DNA from: Candidatus Lindowbacteria bacterium RIFCSPLOWO2_12_FULL_62_27
Lineage (GTDB): Bacteria > Lindowbacteria > 2-12-FULL-62-27
NCBI GenBank assembly: GCA_001784175.1
Contig: MFPR01000030.1
Coordinates: forward strand, 124,001 to 173,419
DNA length: 49,419 nucleotides
Reading direction: 5' to 3'
The notes beneath the pieces are model-generated. The model saw only the letters and a program-made list of their open reading frames with translations. It made no database searches and was not told where the DNA came from. Numbering within the stretch: the stretch's first letter is position 1; every line of letters starts with the position of its first letter. A program made the translations under genes and the position numbers. This document shows, in pieces, positions 44,435 to 49,419 of this stretch.

Positions 44435-44809
44435 ATGAATGGAAAAAGATCGAATAGGGGGGTGGCTGGAATGTCGGGGGAAAGGCTGAAAGATATTGCC
44501 TGGTTTATGGCGGAGGCGAGAAAATGGCAAGGTTGGGCAGAGCGGTCGCGGCAGGTTGGGGACGTCGATCAGTTTCATTATTTTGCTTCCAGGGCGTATG
44601 GGATCAACGACAGGCATCCGGGCGCCTGTCGGCTGTATGAGAAAGCCTTGGCCATGAAATCGAAAACCGAACAACGATACCGGGGATGGAGCGCGGCATT
44701 TCCCAGGATGCTGTACGGCGGCGGGGGCGGACTGTTCTGGTACAACGGAAACAGTCGTCTGTTGCATGGATTTTCCAAGCAGCCCGATTTCGCCGGATAC
44801 GTGCGCTGA
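44435..44809 (+). CDS. Hypothetical protein
   Basis: Open frame directly after the promoter motif. Confidence 0.5.
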   Translation: MNGKRSNRGVAGMSGERLKDIAWFMAEARKWQGWAERSRQVGDVDQFHYFASRAYGINDRHPGACRLYEKALAMKSKTEQRYRGWSAAFPRMLYGGGGGLFWYNGNSRLLHGFSKQPDFAGYVR

Positions 44810-45082
44810 GTTGGCCGCCGATTGAATGATCAGCCGTTCAAGGCGTCCGCGCATCTGGAGCAGGACGCTGACTGGTAGTGTTTTTTGCACACCGGGACGG
44901 CGGACATGAAGGCGACGCCGTGAGGCCAAAATAGCGCCCAGTAATCGGTGTCAGACTTGCAGTTTTGCAGTAATGGCCATCGGTTATTTCTGCCACGATT
45001 TCCAGTACCCCGGCGCGCGCTTCAAATGCGCCACTGCCAAGATTAGAATAGCATCGTCCGTTTAGAAATTTCTTTCTGAATT

Positions 45083-45109
45083 TTAAAAAATCCCCATTTC
45101 CCTCGTTTA
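45083..45109 (+). promoter_or_regulatory. ECF-like promoter motif copy 4
   Basis: TTAAAAA-N14-CGTTTA followed by CATATCAGGGAGG (shared with copy 5). Confidence 0.6.
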
Positions 45110-45285
45110 TCCATATCAGGGAGGTGAGAAAATGAAACATCTGGCTCACATTCAAACAGGGGGAGGCCTCCCTACGACTACCTGAAGAGAAGCCCGACGC
45201 GCTGGGTCCAACCCGGCTTCGTGGATTGCACGCCCGGCTTTGTCCGGTCGTGTCAATAAAGGACGCTTTCGAAAAGGAGGAGAAA

Positions 45286-46440
45286 ATGGACACATCACGC
45301 CGTGGGTTTTTCCAACTCTGCGCATACTATGCCTCATTGACTGCAATTCCCTCGGTCCTGCCGTCAGTAGAGGAACTTCGGAGATGCGGGACCATCGCGA
45401 AGGCGATATCAACTCCGCCGCTTGAACTGCCGGAGGAAATCGAGATGCGCATCGGCCTGAAATTAATTCCTCTGCTACACTCGCCTGACGGAAAGGATGT
45501 CGGCGAGGGCATGGCCAGAACGCGCCGTGTGATTTTTTGCGACTACGGGCTGATCGTGCCGCCAGTTCGAATTCGCGATCAACGCACTATCGATGATAAC
45601 GGGTATCTCTTCCTAATCCGGGGCAACATCGTTGCCGCCGGCAGCGTACATACGGACAAACAGCTTGTGCTGAATTACGACGAAAAGGCCGGTGGACTGC
45701 CGGGGGTTGTGCCCACCCCGCATGAATGTCCGTCCCTGCGTCCGTGCATTTGGACTGACGGCGGTTCCGCAGCCTTTGCAAAAAACCGCGGTTATACCGT
45801 GGTTGACGCCGTCACCGTGATCGTACACCATTTTTACGATGTCATTCTTCGGAACGCCGCAGACCTTCTGACGAGACAAGCAACCGTCAACTTGCTTGAG
45901 ACTGTTCGATCCACTAACCCCTCGCTGGCCGAGAGCGCGACAGAACGAATCGGCATCGGGCGTATCCAGAGGATTTTGCAAACGCTTTTGCGCGAGCGTC
46001 AGTCGATCCGGGATATAGTTGCCATTTTGGAGGCGTTGACAGGTGACTTGTGCGGAAGTGCGGATTTCGAACAGCAGGTCAATGTCGTTCGCTCGGCCCT
46101 TGATAATCGCAATTTGCCGTTGCTTCATGTTGTGATTACGGACACCGACATTCAACCTGATTATTTCGTCGGTCTCTCTTATTATCCTCAATTATACCCT
46201 GCCCCCCTTGTCGCTCTTAGCGGACAGGGCGAACGGGCGCGCGAATATTTTGAGCAAGTGCGATCCAAACACTTTGTCCATCCCGACGCAAAATTGGCTG
46301 AAACATTGTACCGAAACTGCCGCCGTTGCGACGAAATCAGCCCAAAATTTTATGACCCCGTGGCGGCGGCGCTGGCCTCCTCCTACCGGCAGACTGAACG
46401 ATCTCCCTGGTTATGGACTTTTCATACAGATGTGGTGTGA
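45286..46440 (+). CDS. FlhA C-terminal (FHIPEP) domain fused to FlhB C-terminal-like domain, no TM bundle
   Basis: IGLKLIPLL..GLIVPPVRIRD..GYTVVDAVTVI.HH..LLTRQ..LLRERQSIRD..ILEAL..VRSAL, then VVIT..YFVGLSY..APLVALSG..LAETLY..EI...YDPVAAAL; RBS AAGGAGG; N-terminal SRRGFF. Confidence 0.75.
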   Translation: MDTSRRGFFQLCAYYASLTAIPSVLPSVEELRRCGTIAKAISTPPLELPEEIEMRIGLKLIPLLHSPDGKDVGEGMARTRRVIFCDYGLIVPPVRIRDQRTIDDNGYLFLIRGNIVAAGSVHTDKQLVLNYDEKAGGLPGVVPTPHECPSLRPCIWTDGGSAAFAKNRGYTVVDAVTVIVHHFYDVILRNAADLLTRQATVNLLETVRSTNPSLAESATERIGIGRIQRILQTLLRERQSIRDIVAILEALTGDLCGSADFEQQVNVVRSALDNRNLPLLHVVITDTDIQPDYFVGLSYYPQLYPAPLVALSGQGERAREYFEQVRSKHFVHPDAKLAETLYRNCRRCDEISPKFYDPVAAALASSYRQTERSPWLWTFHTDVV

Positions 46441-46654
46441 CAGGCAGGTGGATGAGCGAGGTGAAGTGGCCGAGCGTGTTGGATAGATATCTTTTCCGGC
46501 GCGACGTGCTCAAGCTCGCCGGATCTGGATTGGGGACGGAGGGTGACATATTGTGCGTCCACGAAAGGCACGTGAATCCAGCGGGTAAGAGTCCCGGTGG
46601 CAGTCGGCGAGTTGGTTATTTCCGGCGTGATTTCCAGAATCCCCCCGTTTAAAT

Positions 46655-47095
46655 ATGAAGATGGACAAATCAAAACTTCAGAAAATCGGAGCCAAAATAC
46701 CGAGGGACAAGCTCGCGCTTTGCAGAGTGCCGTGGTGGATCGATCCGGAAGGCGCGGCTGTCCGATTGCCCGAGCCGGGGCACGCGGCGTCGGCCATCGA
46801 GATGCTCAGGAAACGGGGCATCGAGGCCGGACCGGACAAGGCGGTGGGGGCGATGATTGGCGAGGGCTGGATCCGGGTTCAGGTTTATCCCGACGACACC
46901 GCCTTCATTCAAGGCACGTTCGAGTCCATTTTGAAACGCGGCCGAACTATTTTGAAAATAGTTCCGAATCTGAAATCCGTGGAACTATCCTTCGTTCCGG
47001 CCGGAGACGATGCGCCGCCCACCTTGGGCGCGGAGGAAATCAACCGCACGGGCTGGGAGGAATCCGTCCGGCGCGCCAGGCTGGCCGGGTCCTGA
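46655..47095 (+). CDS. Hypothetical protein
   Basis: Natural-looking composition (PWWIDPEG...GWIRV); CGTTTA just upstream. Confidence 0.55.
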   Translation: MKMDKSKLQKIGAKIPRDKLALCRVPWWIDPEGAAVRLPEPGHAASAIEMLRKRGIEAGPDKAVGAMIGEGWIRVQVYPDDTAFIQGTFESILKRGRTILKIVPNLKSVELSFVPAGDDAPPTLGAEEINRTGWEESVRRARLAGS

Positions 47096-47139
47096 GGGAA
47101 GGCCAACGCAGAGGCGGGCATAAAAACTTTCTCCATTTT

Positions 47140-47166
47140 CTAAAAAATCCCCGTTACCACCGTTTA
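47140..47166 (+). promoter_or_regulatory. ECF-like promoter motif copy 5
   Basis: CTAAAAA-N14-CGTTTA followed by CATATCAGGGAGG. Confidence 0.6.
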
Positions 47167-47220
47167 TACATATCAGGGAGGCGAAGAGGCTTCCTGAAAA
47201 ATGTATGGAGGAGGCGGAGG

Positions 47221-48105
47221 GTGGTGACTGAAACTCAAAAAGCTGTATGCAAATCGAAATGGCAGTTACGGCCCAACAATCAATACGTTCCATGCCGGTC
47301 AACGGAATCCCGCCTGCCTACGGGCATATATTCCGTGTGGGTCGATTTTCCAAATATGGAAACCCTTTTCAGGCGCATCGAGCAGAAGACCGACAATTTG
47401 ATCGACAGCCGGGAGCCGATCGCCCAAAAGGTCATGGAGGAAATGAAACAGTTCTGGGACGTTTCCGACCAATATAGAAAATTCGGCTACCTTCACAAGA
47501 GGGGGTATCTCTTTTATGGCCCTCACGGGAGCGGCAAGACATCCATCGTCCAGCAGATTGTCCAATTTGTCATTCAAAACGACGGCGTGATTTTCACCGT
47601 CGACGACCCGCACGCCCTGATCTGGGGACTGAGAGAATACAGGTCCATAGAGCCGGACCGGAAGACGGTCTGTATCTTTGAGGACATCGATACGATCGTG
47701 GAAAAAAGAGAAAAAGAGGGCGCACTTCTCCAGCTGATCGACGGCGAAACCCAGATCGACAACATTCTGTATCTTGCCACCACAAATTACCCCGAAAAAT
47801 TGGACAAACGGATTCTCTCGCGGCCCCGGCGTTTCGATCGGGTCCTGAAAGTCGAGATGCCGTCCGCGGTGACTCGCCAGGCCTATTTTGACGCCAAACT
47901 GACTCCGACCAACGGAACGAACATTGATGAATGGGTGGAAGCCACGGAGGGGTTCTCCTTTGGTGCCATGGCGGAACTGGTGATCAATGTCAAGTGTCTG
48001 GGCATTCCGTATGAAATTGCGATCGCCGATCTCAAACATCGTCAGGAGAAGAAACCCTCCAGTGACGAATTTTCACGAGGATGCCTTGGCTTCCGGGACA
48101 GATAA
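47221..48105 (+). CDS. AAA+ ATPase (classical clade, single domain)
   Basis: YLFYGPHGSGKT, CIFEDID, ATTNYPEKLD.RI..RPRRFD; GTG start after GGAGG. Confidence 0.9.
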   Translation: MVTETQKAVCKSKWQLRPNNQYVPCRSTESRLPTGIYSVWVDFPNMETLFRRIEQKTDNLIDSREPIAQKVMEEMKQFWDVSDQYRKFGYLHKRGYLFYGPHGSGKTSIVQQIVQFVIQNDGVIFTVDDPHALIWGLREYRSIEPDRKTVCIFEDIDTIVEKREKEGALLQLIDGETQIDNILYLATTNYPEKLDKRILSRPRRFDRVLKVEMPSAVTRQAYFDAKLTPTNGTNIDEWVEATEGFSFGAMAELVINVKCLGIPYEIAIADLKHRQEKKPSSDEFSRGCLGFRDR

Positions 48106-48307
48106 GGCCGTCGTCGTGATCGACGGCAAGAAATACTGGGCGCATGTGGTTGAAACGGCCAAATTTATCCGACAAATGCAGAAAGAGGCCAAAACTCAGG
48201 GTGAGAAGGACAGGGTTACCGCCTGGATCAAGCGGGGCTGTGCGATGTTTGAATCACTTGAGGAAGTCATGTCCTACGGCGACCGCCTAGACGATCTACA
48301 CTTGTGA
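48062..48307 (+). CDS. Small hypothetical protein
   Basis: Open frame overlapping the ATPase end; start uncertain. Confidence 0.35.
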   Translation: MTNFHEDALASGTDKAVVVIDGKKYWAHVVETAKFIRQMQKEAKTQGEKDRVTAWIKRGCAMFESLEEVMSYGDRLDDLHL

Positions 48308-48354
48308 CGCTTCCACACAAAATTTCAAACGTGGTCATACCGCTCAACGGCTGA

Positions 48355-49419
48355 CTACGCGGCGAGCCACTCCATGTAACGGCGTTGGCGAAGGAATCGC
48401 ACAACCGGAGTCAGGTCGAAGTGGCCATATTTCAATTCACGGGCTGGATCCGCGTCGACTTGAAACTCGTGGGGGTCGATGCTCTCCCCTCTGGCAACGG
48501 CCGGGAACGGCGAAGGCTCGCCAGCGCCGGGCATCAAATCAGGATAGGGCGCGCAAATTTCATCCTCTGTCAATCGCTGTACGCTCGGCATGTCGGCCGG
48601 ATCGGGAAACATCGACGCGGACGCGCGGCAATCCGGCGGGACGTAATGCGTCATCGGGTCGTAGTGCCACTGCATCCGCGCGGCGCGGGATCTGTCCTCG
48701 GGCGTCTCGTGTTTGGGGTCGGCGTGATTACGAGCCGTCTGGCGAATGTCCAGCAGAACATCATGAAGGGTGCGGTCAATCCCCATCGCGTCAATCAGAA
48801 CCATGCGAGAGCCGAGGTCAACCGTTTTGCCGTTGGCCTTGCGAAGTCCCCCTTTGGCGCGAAGAACTGAATAGCGGCGCGTCTCAATGTCGAGCGTCCC
48901 GAACATCCGTTTGACTTTTGTCGTGACCAGCACGTCGGCCACGGTCAACGCGGTCTGGCCCTGTGAGAGATAGGCCAGGTCGTTCAAATTCGCAAGGCGG
49001 CGTTTGCCGTCAAGACCTCGTGAAAAGCTCTCGTCAATCAGAACGTGCGCGACCCTGTGGCCATCCTCCGTTTCGATCACGGGCAACAGGTGGAACGTCT
49101 GCGCGTCGATCGGGAGACCCGCGGCGCGGGCGGCGCGGATGGTGTAGGCCGTCCCCCGCGAGTGTCCGTCCCAGAAAGCAAGGAGCCGGTCCGCCGAGGC
49201 CACGATCTGATCGTCCCGAAGCAAAGCGGCGCGTTTGCCGTGGGCGTCCCAGTCCGGGCGAATGACACGCGACGGAATCCGGCGCCAGTGTGCCCACAAG
49301 TCGGCGAAGGTGTCAGGGCCGGCAGCCCCGCCGGAGATAACCTCTGTAATGGGCGTAACGCTGTGGATGGCGTCCAGAGCGGCGAAGACGACGGCGCGGT
49401 AATGATCGCCCGTCAAACA
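48355..49419 (-). CDS. SLOG-superfamily (DUF2493/YspA-like) domain fused to unknown C-terminal domain; 5' end probably outside window
   Basis: EVISGGAAGPD..A..WA, PDWDAHGKRAALLR, LLAFWDGHSRGTAYTI..A; frame open to the window edge. Confidence 0.75.
   Translation of the reverse strand, partial: CLTGDHYRAVVFAALDAIHSVTPITEVISGGAAGPDTFADLWAHWRRIPSRVIRPDWDAHGKRAALLRDDQIVASADRLLAFWDGHSRGTAYTIRAARAAGLPIDAQTFHLLPVIETEDGHRVAHVLIDESFSRGLDGKRRLANLNDLAYLSQGQTALTVADVLVTTKVKRMFGTLDIETRRYSVLRAKGGLRKANGKTVDLGSRMVLIDAMGIDRTLHDVLLDIRQTARNHADPKHETPEDRSRAARMQWHYDPMTHYVPPDCRASASMFPDPADMPSVQRLTEDEICAPYPDLMPGAGEPSPFPAVARGESIDPHEFQVDADPARELKYGHFDLTPVVRFLRQRRYMEWLAA

Larger units (their letters stand above)
27735..49419. 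mobile_element. Accessory/genomic-island-like region (right boundary outside window)
   Basis: Abrupt switch after maf from housekeeping genes to TA modules, phage/plasmid-type small genes, an exonuclease, visibly AT-richer patches and an attC-like site. No integrase or att pair seen. Confidence 0.6.

Noticed and set aside
45132-45258. 17-codon ORF after promoter copy 4 (would extend to about 42 aa with one more G in the G5 run)
   Set aside because: Good RBS, but too short to support and the frameshift cannot be tested without reads.
45286-46440. Functional flagellar flhA gene
   Set aside because: Lacks the N-terminal TM domain and any flagellar context.
46625-46651. Sixth copy of the ECF-like motif
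   Set aside because: CGTTTA is present but the upstream A-tract is missing at the fixed spacing.
46597-47220. Track N-terminal extension of the AAA ATPase
   Set aside because: Arg/Gly-rich off-frame translation overlapping 46655-47095 and the promoter motif.

Overview
GC-rich bacterial window in three parts. (1) 1-16,990, minus strand: an extracellular-electron-transfer locus. A sigma54-type promoter precedes system II cytochrome c maturation genes (resB/ccsA) and a tetraheme c554-like cytochrome. A second sigma54-type promoter precedes a tightly coupled operon: a 42-CxxCH lipoprotein cytochrome, an NHL beta-propeller, a hexaheme OmcS-like nanowire cytochrome, a lipoprotein, an outer-membrane beta-barrel, four CsgG/PelC-fold lipoproteins, a second propeller, a small membrane protein, a B12-dependent radical SAM enzyme and another multiheme cytochrome running off the left edge (missing from the ORF track). 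(2) 17,161-27,733: housekeeping genes (batA, batB/C fusion, batD, batE, bcp, Mut7-C, cupin, FNR-like, aldo/keto reductase, dusB, maf). (3) 27,735-end: an accessory, probably mobile region. It holds three toxin-antitoxin-type modules, a small-gene/exonuclease/SSB-tail operon and a ~0.8 kb hairpin-dense non-coding stretch. It also holds a candidate new signalling cascade: ECF-like sigma factor, MazF-fold putative anti-sigma, soluble Lon-type protease, and membrane-anchored Lon-type protease with an extracytoplasmic domain. This resembles CalpS/CalpT/CalpL but has no SAVED domain or CRISPR. A repeated ECF-like promoter motif precedes several island genes, including a FlhA_C-FlhB_C fusion. No rRNA, tRNA, CRISPR array or integrase was seen. 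All family assignments come from motif recognition by eye, not database searches.
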